A model generated the notes under the pieces. It saw nothing but the letters and a program-made list of their open reading frames with translations. It made no database searches and was not told the origin of the DNA. Positions 39,230 through 48,500 of a DNA stretch of 64,000 nucleotides are shown here, piece by piece. This DNA comes from Myxococcota bacterium (lineage in GTDB: Bacteria; Myxococcota_A; UBA9160; SZUA-336). Every line of letters begins with the position of its first letter. Within the stretch, counting starts at the first letter, position 1. The position numbers and the translations under genes were made by a program. The DNA is taken from the NCBI GenBank assembly GCA_965247115.1, contig CBDFGR010000003.1:928001-992000 (forward strand). Reading direction: 5' to 3'.

Positions 39230-39913
39230 ATGGACCCGCTGACTTCGGACGCACCGCTGATCGTCTACATCGATTACAAGAGCCCCTACGCCTTCCTCGC
39301 CACCGAGCCCACCTACGCATTGGAGGATGACTTCGGGATCGAGATCGATTGGCGTCCCCTGACCCTGGACATCCCGAGCTTCTTGGGAGCTGCGAAAGTC
39401 GACGGACACGGCAAGCTGCTGGAGAACAACCGCTCGCCTCGCCAGTGGGTCAGTGTCAAGTACGCGTATCGAGACTGCCGGCGCTACGCGAACCTGCGCG
39501 GACTGACGATCAGGGGCCCCACGAAGATTTGGAACTCGTCGCTGGCCGCCATCGGCCTGCTGTGGGCGAAGCAAGAGGACCGGGCGGTGCTGCGGACGTA
39601 CACGGGTCTTGTCTTCGAGCGCTTCTGGCGGCGGGAGCTCGATATCGAGGATCCGGACGTCATCCAGGGGCTGCTGAAAGAGTCGGGCAGCGACGTGGGC
39701 GGGTTCGCGAACTTCTTGAAAGGGGACGGACGCGCAGCGCACAACGAGCTTCAGGAGAGCCTCCACCCGGCCGGGCTCTTCGGTGTGCCCTCTTACATCA
39801 TCCAAGGTGAGGTGTTCTTCGGTCGGGAACACCTACCGACGGTGCGCTGGTACCTGTCGGGTCAACCGGGTCCGCGTCCGAATATCGCCTACCAGCACTT
39901 CCCGGTCTCATGA
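39230..39913 (+). CDS. DsbA family / HCCA isomerase-like (kappa GST)
   Basis: DYKSPYAF, FGVPSY...FFGREHL. Confidence 0.85.
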   Translation: MDPLTSDAPLIVYIDYKSPYAFLATEPTYALEDDFGIEIDWRPLTLDIPSFLGAAKVDGHGKLLENNRSPRQWVSVKYAYRDCRRYANLRGLTIRGPTKIWNSSLAAIGLLWAKQEDRAVLRTYTGLVFERFWRRELDIEDPDVIQGLLKESGSDVGGFANFLKGDGRAAHNELQESLHPAGLFGVPSYIIQGEVFFGREHLPTVRWYLSGQPGPRPNIAYQHFPVS

Positions 39914-40554
39914 GCGAAGTAGACGAGTCGGGACCGCGCTTGGCGGTGTACATCGACTACAAGAGCCCGGCTGCGTTCCTCGCGAAGGATCCCACCTACG
40001 CGCTCGAGGACGAGTTCGAGCTCGAGATCGACTGGAGGCCCCTGACCCTGGACCGCTCGGGTCGGCAAGAAGGCAAGCCAGCCCCAAAGGAGACCAAGGG
40101 TGAGCGTCATGCGCGGGTACGCGCCGAGTACGCCCAGATGGACCAGCAGCGCTACGCGCGGGCGCAGGACTTGACCCTGAAACATCCGTCCCGAGACTGG
40201 GACTCGACTCTCGCCGGAATCGGGTTGATCTGGGCGAAGGAGCAGGGTCGGATCGTCCTTCGAGGTTATACCGACCGTGTGTTCGAACGCTTCTGGAAGC
40301 AGGAGCTCGACATCGAGAGCCCGGCGGCGCTCGAGGGAATCCTGTCCGAGGCGGGTGCCAACGTGGAGGGCTTCGGTGAATACGCGCAGGGGGATGGAAG
40401 GATCATCCACGGCGATGTCCAGAGCGCCGCGCAGGAGCTGGGAATCTTTGACGTCCCCTCGTACTCCATGGACGGAGAGATTTTCCTCGGCCACCAGCAC
40501 CTTCCGATGATCCGCTGGCTGCTGTCAGACCGACGAGGGCAGCCGCCAGTCTAG
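39910..40554 (+). CDS. DsbA family / HCCA isomerase-like paralogue
   Basis: DYKSPAAF, FDVPSY...FLGHQHL. Confidence 0.82.
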   Translation: MSEVDESGPRLAVYIDYKSPAAFLAKDPTYALEDEFELEIDWRPLTLDRSGRQEGKPAPKETKGERHARVRAEYAQMDQQRYARAQDLTLKHPSRDWDSTLAGIGLIWAKEQGRIVLRGYTDRVFERFWKQELDIESPAALEGILSEAGANVEGFGEYAQGDGRIIHGDVQSAAQELGIFDVPSYSMDGEIFLGHQHLPMIRWLLSDRRGQPPV

Positions 40555-40585
40555 AATGAACCACAATCACGAGAGGGCCTGATCC

Positions 40586-41452
40586 ATGAAATTTGGAGTT
40601 GTTTTTCCACAGACGGAGCTCGGCGCGGATCCCGACATTGTCGCCAAGTTTGCCACCACGGCCGAAGAGCTCGGATTCGATCACCTGATCGCGTACGACC
40701 ACGTGCTGGGGGCGAATACTGCGAGCCGACCGGACTGGCAGGGGCCCTACACGTCAGAGAGCATGTTTCACGAGCCGTTCGTGTTGTTCAGCTATCTTGC
40801 CGGCCTCACGACCAGGCTAGAGCTCGTGACCGCCGTCATCATCCTGCCCCAAAGACAGACGTCGCTCGTTGCCAAGCAGGCCGCCTGTCTCGACGTGCTG
40901 TCCAAGGGCCGCCTACGCCTAGGGATCGGCACCGGCTGGAACGCCGTCGAGTACGAGGCCCTTGGCGAGAACTTCCACGATCGGGGCAAACGATCGGAAG
41001 AGCAGATCGACCTGCTGCGCAAGCTCTGGGCCGAGGAGACCATCACCTACGATGGGCGCTGGCACAAAGTGACCGACGCGGGGCTAAAGCCGCTTCCCAC
41101 CGAGCGTAGTATCCCGGTCTGGCTAGGCGGCATGGCGCCGCAGGTGATCGAGCGTGCGGGGCGCATCGCCGACGGCTGGTTCCCGTTCCTGAATCCCAAG
41201 CTGGAGGATCAGCTGGCGCAGATGCGCGAGCACGCACGAGCCGCGGGTCGTGACCCCGCCGAGATCGGGGTCGAGTGCATGATCCCGGCCGGCGAGGATG
41301 CCGGCAAGACGCGCGAGCACGTCGAACGCCTGCAAGCGGCGGGCGCTACGCATGCGGCGGGGGTCACCATGAACGTGAACCTGCCGAGCCCGCAGGCACA
41401 CATCGATACCATCCGCCGGTTCCGCGACAACGTGGCGGACTTCATGCGTTGA
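40586..41452 (+). CDS. LLM class F420-dependent-like oxidoreductase
   Basis: YDHVLG, HEPFV, GRLRLGIGTGWN. Confidence 0.88.
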   Translation: MKFGVVFPQTELGADPDIVAKFATTAEELGFDHLIAYDHVLGANTASRPDWQGPYTSESMFHEPFVLFSYLAGLTTRLELVTAVIILPQRQTSLVAKQAACLDVLSKGRLRLGIGTGWNAVEYEALGENFHDRGKRSEEQIDLLRKLWAEETITYDGRWHKVTDAGLKPLPTERSIPVWLGGMAPQVIERAGRIADGWFPFLNPKLEDQLAQMREHARAAGRDPAEIGVECMIPAGEDAGKTREHVERLQAAGATHAAGVTMNVNLPSPQAHIDTIRRFRDNVADFMR

Positions 41453-41480
41453 GCCACCGGCCGCTGTTGGAGGAAGAACC

Positions 41481-41615
41481 ATGGGTACGATCGGGCTTCT
41501 GGGTTTCGTGTTTGGCATCTTCGGGCTGATCGCGTTCGGTCAGGTCCGGGGTCTCAGGCGTGAGGTCGAGGACCTCCGCCGGCTGATCGACGATGCACCT
41601 GAGCACGAGGATTGA
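41481..41615 (+). CDS. Small membrane protein (44 aa)
   Basis: GGAGGA RBS; MGTIGLLGFVFGIFGLIAFGQVRGLRREVEDLRRLIDDAPEHED; not in ORF track. Confidence 0.6.
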   Translation: MGTIGLLGFVFGIFGLIAFGQVRGLRREVEDLRRLIDDAPEHED

Positions 41616-41638
41616 TCACACCGAGAGGAAGTTCGTCA

Positions 41639-41974
41639 ATGATCTATGAAATCCGCAACTATCACTACCAGCCCACTCTCATGAAGGAGTACACGGAGTG
41701 GGCGACCAAGCTAGCAGTGCCGTACTTGCGTCAGAATCTCGACGTGGTCGGCTTCTGGACAAACATCGACGAAGCCCCTCTGATCGCAGGCAAGCCGCTG
41801 GACGAGCTCGGTTCGGCGACGGTGACCTGGATCATTCGCTGGGAAGACATGGCGAAGCGAAACGAGGTCATGAGCGAGGTACTCGCGACCAGCGAGTGGC
41901 AGGAGATCATGAAGGAGAACCCAGGCCGGGAGAACTACCTCCGAACGGAGGCGAAGTTCGCCGAGGCCCTCTAA
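41639..41974 (+). CDS. NIPSNAP family protein
   Basis: MIYEIRNY...VGFW...WIIRWED. Confidence 0.75.
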   Translation: MIYEIRNYHYQPTLMKEYTEWATKLAVPYLRQNLDVVGFWTNIDEAPLIAGKPLDELGSATVTWIIRWEDMAKRNEVMSEVLATSEWQEIMKENPGRENYLRTEAKFAEAL

Positions 41975-42089
41975 GCATACATTTCAAGTCTCAATCGATA
42001 CTGTAATCGATGAACGGGCCAACCAGACCCGAAACCCGCAGAACTGCTATGATCTTCAGGTAGCCCGACACTACGGAGGTCACGGATCG

Positions 42090-42914
42090 ATGCTGCAGAA
42101 CGTCAGCGCCAGGGTCCGCTATCTGAATCCGGACTGGAGAGGTCGAACCGAGCTGGCCCGTATCTCCTCACGAGATACGCGGCGAGCCAACACCCGTTTC
42201 TATGATGTCCGCATCGAGGATGCCCGACCCTTGCAGGAAAAGGGCGAGCTCGACCTGGACACCCACGGGTTCACTCTCGTAAAGCACGCCTCAGGCATCG
42301 ACGATTTCGGCGACTCGGTCGAGGGCAGCCGGACGTACTACCCGCCGATCCAGGCCTTGATCCAGCGGCTCACGGGAGCGAGTCAGGTCGTCGTCTACCA
42401 CCACACGATCCGCACCGAGGACTCGAGCGCGTTCAACCAGGCCTACGCGCGCTTCGTTCACTGCGACTTCAGCCAGGCCCGTGCGCGGGAGACGTCGCGC
42501 AAGCTGATGGTCGAGCGCGGCCTCTGTACCGAGGCAGAGACGGAGCAGTTCGACTTTGCATGGTACAACACCTGGCAGCCGATCCATCGCGAGGTCCAGC
42601 AGAACTCGCTTACGGTGATCGACGCCAGCAGCATCAAGAGCGAAGACATAGCCGAGTACACGTTCGGAGAGTCCGACTTCCCGGACGCAACTGGCTCCAT
42701 GCCCTTCTACAGCTCGGGGCACCGCCACTACTACTTTCCGCGCATGCAGACAGATGAGGTGATCGTCCTCAAGCAGCTGGACACCCGGCCCCGGATGGCG
42801 AGCCTCTGCCCTCACACGTCCTTCGACGACCCGACGGCGCGGGCCGACGCCCTGCGGCGGCGCTCCATCGAAGCCCGGATGATGTGCGTGTTTCCCCGGA
42901 ACTCGCGCCACTGA
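42090..42914 (+). CDS. CmcJ/NvfI (AsaB-like) family oxidoreductase
   Basis: LDTHGFTL, VHCD, NTWQPI, PHTSF, RRSIEAR. Confidence 0.8.
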   Translation: MLQNVSARVRYLNPDWRGRTELARISSRDTRRANTRFYDVRIEDARPLQEKGELDLDTHGFTLVKHASGIDDFGDSVEGSRTYYPPIQALIQRLTGASQVVVYHHTIRTEDSSAFNQAYARFVHCDFSQARARETSRKLMVERGLCTEAETEQFDFAWYNTWQPIHREVQQNSLTVIDASSIKSEDIAEYTFGESDFPDATGSMPFYSSGHRHYYFPRMQTDEVIVLKQLDTRPRMASLCPHTSFDDPTARADALRRRSIEARMMCVFPRNSRH

Positions 42915-42956
42915 GAGCGCTCGCGGCATCGAGTCGCTGACATCTGCGTTAGCTTC

Positions 42957-43781
42957 GTGCGTGGGCTTCGTGGGGTATCGCTAGCAGTCGTCGCGTTCCT
43001 GGGAGTTGCCGCGGTGTGGGCCAACCTCGTCGACAAAATGGTCTTCCAACCCACCCCCGGGATCGATCTCCATCCCCATGAAATCGGCCTCAGCGGCGAG
43101 GAGGTCTCGCTCCGAACCGAGGACGGCGTGGCACTGCATGCGTTCTTCCTCCCCTCTCCAAACGCATCTCGTGCGCTTCTATTCCTGCACGGAAATGCCG
43201 GAAACGCATCGCACCGCCTGCCCAACGCCGCAGAGCTCGTCCGCCTGGGAGTGCACGTTCTGCTGCTGGACTACCGGGGATACGGCCTGAGTGAGGGGAC
43301 GCCGACCGAAGACGGCCTCTATGCAGACGCTCGCGCAGGTCTCGCCCACCTGGTCGACGTCCGCGGGATCCCGGAGGAGCGGATCGTTCTGTTCGGTCGG
43401 TCTCTCGGAGGTGCAGTCGCGGTTGACCTGGCCAGGGACCGTCCCCTGGCGGGGGTCATCCTCGAGAGCACCTTCTCCTCCGGGGCGGACGTCGCGCGCC
43501 AGCTGCTAGGTCCGCTCGGGCCCGTCGTGGCTCGGGGCCGCTTCGAGTCGAGCGAGAAGATCGGGCAGGTTCGCAGTCCGCTGCTCTTCTTCCATGGAGA
43601 CCGCGACGAGGTGATCCGCTTCGAGCTCGGGCGTCGGCTGTTCGACCGAGCACCAGAGCCCAAGACCTTCGAGGTCATTCCCGGCGCCGGCCACAACGAC
43701 ACCACCCAGGTTGGGGGCCACCGCTACTTCGCGAGGATCGCGCGCTTCCTCGACGTTGTCGCCGCTGACGGGGGTTCGTAG
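42957..43781 (+). CDS. Alpha/beta hydrolase (Bem46/ABHD13-like)
   Basis: HGNAGN, DYRGYG, GRSLGG, HGDRD, GHND. Confidence 0.9.
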   Translation: MRGLRGVSLAVVAFLGVAAVWANLVDKMVFQPTPGIDLHPHEIGLSGEEVSLRTEDGVALHAFFLPSPNASRALLFLHGNAGNASHRLPNAAELVRLGVHVLLLDYRGYGLSEGTPTEDGLYADARAGLAHLVDVRGIPEERIVLFGRSLGGAVAVDLARDRPLAGVILESTFSSGADVARQLLGPLGPVVARGRFESSEKIGQVRSPLLFFHGDRDEVIRFELGRRLFDRAPEPKTFEVIPGAGHNDTTQVGGHRYFARIARFLDVVAADGGS

Positions 43782-43790
43782 ACACAGCTC

Positions 43791-45002
43791 CTATCGTTCA
43801 CCGAATGCTTCAGAAGCGGTCCTATGCAATGGCTTCAACAGAAAGTTCATCACAGTTCGATCTCCCGTACGGATGTCCACTTGCGCGGTCATGCCCGGGA
43901 GAATTTCCAACACCTTTCCGGTGGTAGTAGTGACCGGGTTGCTCTTCGACGCGACATGGACACGATAGTAGACTTCTTCACCCTGAGGCGTCTCTTCCTT
44001 GAGGGTATCCGCGCTCACGTACAGCACTTCACCGACGATGCCACCGTAAATGGTGTAGTCATAGGGATCAAAGCGGATTGTCGCCTCTAGACCTGGGTGC
44101 ACGAGGGCAATATCGAGCGGGCTCACCTTGGCCTCTACGATGAGATCGTCACCGACGGGGATGATCTGCATCAGCTCTTCCCCCGCGCGCATGACGCCGC
44201 CAACGGTGGTGACGCGAACGTTCTTTACGATGCCGGGGACTGCCGCCTCGAACACGCTCGCTTCGAGCTGCTGCCGTCGTTGCGTTAGCACCTGTACGTT
44301 CTGCGCAATGTGATCCTCTGCTTTCGTCAATTCAATACGTGCCTCTTCGAGGAACTTGTTCCGGCGATTAATCAACTTTGCTTCGGTATCGTTGAGCGCT
44401 CGCTCAGCGCGAATGACCTCAGAGCGATTCACGTCCCCGGATTGGGATAGCCCTCTCACCAATTCCGCTTCTTCCTGCGCCAGCCCAACCGCTTTCTGCA
44501 GCGTCCTCAGCTCTTCCTTCAGACCGATGCGTCTTTGCAGGAAAAGGGCCTGCTCCACTCGCACCAGCTCCGGGAAGCGCAGCACATCGTCCGGGAAGAG
44601 CAGACTCCCCGCTTCCGTTACTTCGGCGCGCAAGCGCGTCGCCTTGGCTCGCAGCGCAGATACCCGTGCGTCAATCTCATTCACGGCGGCGCCCACGCGA
44701 GTATTGTCCAAGAGTGCGAGCACCTGGCCTCTTTCGACCCGATCGCCCTCTTTTACGTTCAATGTTGCCAAGACGCCGCCATCCACAGCCTGGATAATCT
44801 GGACGCGGCTACTCGCGATCACCTCTCCCGCTGCGCGTGCCACCTGATCGACACGAAAAATCGACGCCCAGACGACGAACGCCACCATTCCCAGAAGCAG
44901 TAGCGAGAGAACTGGGGAATAGTTGCGCCGATGGAAGTTCTCCAGGCGGGAAACCGTATCCTCGTCCTCTTCCCCGTGCGCAACGAAGCTGAGGTCAAAC
45001 AA
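43791..45002 (-). CDS. Type I secretion membrane fusion protein (HlyD)
   Basis: IQAVDGG, coiled coil, ILPGMTAQVDIRTGDRTV..FLLKP; TTG start overlaps ABC stop. Confidence 0.92.
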   Translation of the reverse strand: MFDLSFVAHGEEDEDTVSRLENFHRRNYSPVLSLLLLGMVAFVVWASIFRVDQVARAAGEVIASSRVQIIQAVDGGVLATLNVKEGDRVERGQVLALLDNTRVGAAVNEIDARVSALRAKATRLRAEVTEAGSLLFPDDVLRFPELVRVEQALFLQRRIGLKEELRTLQKAVGLAQEEAELVRGLSQSGDVNRSEVIRAERALNDTEAKLINRRNKFLEEARIELTKAEDHIAQNVQVLTQRRQQLEASVFEAAVPGIVKNVRVTTVGGVMRAGEELMQIIPVGDDLIVEAKVSPLDIALVHPGLEATIRFDPYDYTIYGGIVGEVLYVSADTLKEETPQGEEVYYRVHVASKSNPVTTTTGKVLEILPGMTAQVDIRTGDRTVMNFLLKPLHRTASEAFGER

Positions 45003-47196
45003 GATGGTTGGCTCCTCCGGGCTGAAAACCAGCAGGAATTCGCGATCGCGCCGCTCTCCCCTTGCCACCTGCCCGTCTGCCTCGACCGCGCATCACCTTG
45101 GGAATCAGCTTTTCGGGCGATCCCTCCGCCGCCACCTCACCCTGACGAATCACAACAACGCGGTTGGCCAGCTCTGCGGCCAAGGCGGGACGATGAGTCG
45201 CGACCACCAGAATGTCGTCGGCTTTGACGCGGGTCTGAATTGCCTGAACGACCTGTCTCTCGCTATCTGCGTCGAGTGAAGCGGTCGGTTCATCCAAGAG
45301 CCAGATTTTCGGCCGCGCCACAAGAACCCGCCCCAGCCCCACGAGCTGGCGCTGCCCACCCGATAGACCCTCCCCGCCTTCGCTGATCTCCAGCTCCATC
45401 CCGAGCGGGCTCTCAGCTGCGATTCGATCAAGTCCGAGCTCCCGTGATACCTCGAGCAACGTCGAATCACTGACAGCCCCCGACAACGTCAGATTGCTCC
45501 GCAAGGTGCCCTTAAACAGATGCACGCTCTGCGGTAGATAACCAATATGCTCAGCCACAAGATCCGGATCCATCTCCCACAGGTCCGCAATTCCGAGACG
45601 GATGCGGCCCTCGCTCGGGCGATAGAGACCGGCGAGCACCTTCAGGAGTGTCGATTTACCGGAACCCACCGGCCCAAGGAGCGCAACGCGATCGCCTGCC
45701 TGAAAACTCAGCAAAGAGATGTTTATCTGCCGGATAGGCGAGCCTGGATACGAGAAGCGAACCGCCTCCACCTCGACGCAATCGGGCGTCTGATCTGGCA
45801 TCAGGAGGGTTTGCTCGGGGCTTCGCTCGGTCTCCAACATCAGCAGCTCGTTGACCATTTGGAGGGCTTGGGAGACGTTCTGCCACTGGGAAAGGTACTG
45901 GATGCTGTGCGATACAGGCGCGATCACGCGCCCGCCCAGAATGCTACAAGCAATCAGGGCACCCATTGTGAGGTTGCCCGCTTCAATCTGCCCGACACCC
46001 ACGACGAGGGCACTCACATAAGCCATCGTAGCGAGGCTGCTTGTCGTCACAGCAGTCCGGCTGCTGATGGCTTTCTGTTGGATGTGATAGCCACCGATCG
46101 CTGCCGTGATTTCCTTCCACTGCTCAGAAAAGCGCCAAGTGGCGTTGTTGGCACGAACAGATTCGGCACCCTGTATGGCATCTACCAGGAGCCCTTGACG
46201 CTCGTTGGCACGCATCATTTGTTGCCTCATCAAACGACGCAAACGCTTCTGAGTGATCCACCCCAAGGTCACCGCAACGGGTAACAAGAGCAGATAAACC
46301 CACGCGATGTGTCCACCGACAATGGCGATAAAGCCAATGAACATGAGCGCGAAGGGCAGATCGACCAGCGCGAAGATGACAGCAGAAGTAAAGAACTGCC
46401 TGACGGAATCCAGGCCTCCCACTTGCGCGGCGAGAGTTCCCAGGCTGCGCGGTCGCGTATCTAGCTGCAAGTGCATCACGTGGTCGAACACCTGTTGGGA
46501 TACCGCCTTGTCTACCTCACAAGAGACACTGTCCAACGTTCTCGCTCGCACGGTCTTCAACAACCAGTCAATAGAGAGAACGATTCCCAAGCCTGCCACG
46601 AGGGTCCACAGCGTAGCGTAGGCGAGCGTCGGGACGACCCGATCATAGACCTGCATGGCAAACACAGAGGTCGAGACGGCAAGCACGTTCACGATCACAG
46701 TGGCAATGAGAACTTCTCGCAGCCAGCGGCGAGTCTTGAACACTTCGCCAAGTACCAGGCGCGCTGCCCTATTACCCTTGAATGAAGAAGCTGGAGTTCG
46801 CTGGCAATTCGGTTCCGTACGGAGCCACAACACAGTCCCCTCGCTCAGGCTCTCCTCGGTGCAGTCGCAGGCACCGCCTAGCTCATCGGTCAGTTTGAGC
46901 GTGGTACCCTCACCTCGTTCAACCAAGTGCCACCGCTGGTCGCGAAATAGCATCGCGGGCAATCTGCGCTGGTCGAATCGAGTCCAGCTCAGCTGTGCAC
47001 TTCGAACGCCCTTCAGCGCCAGGGCACGGAAGATCAACCGAATGCGCTCCGCCGGCTGCGCTTCCGCAATGTTCGTCTGCGCTTTCTCGCAAGCATGTAC
47101 CACAGCCCCCGCTTGTACGGGCACCTCGAGACGATCCAACAACCACTTCACAACATTCCCAGGCAAGGGCTCGTGCAAAAGAGCGTTGGGGGTCAT
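44995..47196 (-). CDS. Type I secretion ABC transporter (HlyB/LapB-like)
   Basis: MQVYDRVVP, GPVGSGKST, LSGGQRQ, LLDEPT. Confidence 0.93.
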   Translation of the reverse strand: MTPNALLHEPLPGNVVKWLLDRLEVPVQAGAVVHACEKAQTNIAEAQPAERIRLIFRALALKGVRSAQLSWTRFDQRRLPAMLFRDQRWHLVERGEGTTLKLTDELGGACDCTEESLSEGTVLWLRTEPNCQRTPASSFKGNRAARLVLGEVFKTRRWLREVLIATVIVNVLAVSTSVFAMQVYDRVVPTLAYATLWTLVAGLGIVLSIDWLLKTVRARTLDSVSCEVDKAVSQQVFDHVMHLQLDTRPRSLGTLAAQVGGLDSVRQFFTSAVIFALVDLPFALMFIGFIAIVGGHIAWVYLLLLPVAVTLGWITQKRLRRLMRQQMMRANERQGLLVDAIQGAESVRANNATWRFSEQWKEITAAIGGYHIQQKAISSRTAVTTSSLATMAYVSALVVGVGQIEAGNLTMGALIACSILGGRVIAPVSHSIQYLSQWQNVSQALQMVNELLMLETERSPEQTLLMPDQTPDCVEVEAVRFSYPGSPIRQINISLLSFQAGDRVALLGPVGSGKSTLLKVLAGLYRPSEGRIRLGIADLWEMDPDLVAEHIGYLPQSVHLFKGTLRSNLTLSGAVSDSTLLEVSRELGLDRIAAESPLGMELEISEGGEGLSGGQRQLVGLGRVLVARPKIWLLDEPTASLDADSERQVVQAIQTRVKADDILVVATHRPALAAELANRVVVIRQGEVAAEGSPEKLIPKVMRGRGRRAGGKGRAARSRIPAGFQPGGANHLV

Positions 47197-48500
47197 AGAG
47201 ATTCGATCCCCGCCAATTCATCCAGACCGCCGGTCACCGCCGCGACACGCAAGGATAGAACCAGCCAATCGCTTCGTATCTGTGCCAACTGGAGGCCAAG
47301 ATCCGCGAGTTCGCGCTGGATGTTCAGCACCTCAAGCCATGACTTGCGACCGGTTTCGTACTGGCGTAGGAACGATGCCATAGTCGCTTCGACAGACTCC
47401 AATGCCTCGCCCTGAAACTGCTCCAACTGAATCTGCACCTGCCGATTGAGCATGAGCGTACTGACTCGTCGCCGTACATCATTTCGCGCCGAGTCGATCT
47501 CATGCTCAGCGGCATACAGACGCGCGATTGCGCCCTTTACCCGGCCACGCGAGACCAGACCAAGGCCCTGCACACTGCCTTCAATCACCAAGCCGACGCG
47601 GGCATCGTCGATACCATTTCGGTTGACCCGAAAGTCCCGCTCCGCGCGGATCGAGAGGGTGGGCAGGGAAGCGATCTCCTCCTTCTTGATGTCAAGCCGA
47701 ACAACTTCCAGCGCCATGCGTTTGTTTCGCACGGCTGCACTGCTGACTAGTGCGAGTGCCTCGACCTCCGGCGCAGACGGCAGTTCCGCGTGAACTGGGT
47801 CGATCGCACGATCCGTGTCGACTCGGATCTGCGTCAATGCTTGCAACTCTGCAAGCGTGATCTGCAATTCGCCCTCGATTCTCTCCTCACGTACACGCGC
47901 CTGAATCAGACGCGAGTGGGCCAGCCGAACATCGGCCTCAGATGCCAACTTCCCTTGATGACGACGTTTGATCCGTTGATAGAGCCGGGCATGCTGGGCG
48001 GTGTTGGCATCAGCCACCTCCGCGCGCTGCCGGATGCCGGCAACCTTGGAATAGGCAGCTGCGGTATCCTCGATGAGCGTGCGCTCTACTTGCCTCAACG
48101 CCCATACTTCAGCGTCAAAGTCCGCCTGCGCCTGCTTGATGGCAGTGTTGATCTTTCCGAAGGTCCATAGAGGCTGACTCAGCAGGATGGTGCCCTGGTC
48201 AACGTCATCATCTTGCCTGTTCGCGCGTCCGGACAGCGTTGGGAACCGTCCCGCTCTGGCGGTCCCGATGGCGTGCCCCTTTGCATCCACCTCGGCACGC
48301 TTGGCCTTCACCGCCGGGTGGTGGGTCACAGCGGCCTGCAAGGCGGCTGCCAACCCCGCCGGAGCCTCTCCTCCGGGGTTGGCGATCGCGATGCCACCCG
48401 CGGATAGCGCGGCGGAGAAGAAGCCCAGGAACAGGGGCGCCATTGCCATAAGGTTGCGCACTCTGCTCACTGTCCCCTCGGGGTTAGGTTGGAGAGGCAT
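47193..48500 (-). CDS. TolC family outer membrane protein
   Basis: AVTHHPAV, QPLWTFG, QYETGRKSWLEVLN. Confidence 0.9.
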   Translation of the reverse strand: MPLQPNPEGTVSRVRNLMAMAPLFLGFFSAALSAGGIAIANPGGEAPAGLAAALQAAVTHHPAVKAKRAEVDAKGHAIGTARAGRFPTLSGRANRQDDDVDQGTILLSQPLWTFGKINTAIKQAQADFDAEVWALRQVERTLIEDTAAAYSKVAGIRQRAEVADANTAQHARLYQRIKRRHQGKLASEADVRLAHSRLIQARVREERIEGELQITLAELQALTQIRVDTDRAIDPVHAELPSAPEVEALALVSSAAVRNKRMALEVVRLDIKKEEIASLPTLSIRAERDFRVNRNGIDDARVGLVIEGSVQGLGLVSRGRVKGAIARLYAAEHEIDSARNDVRRRVSTLMLNRQVQIQLEQFQGEALESVEATMASFLRQYETGRKSWLEVLNIQRELADLGLQLAQIRSDWLVLSLRVAAVTGGLDELAGIESL

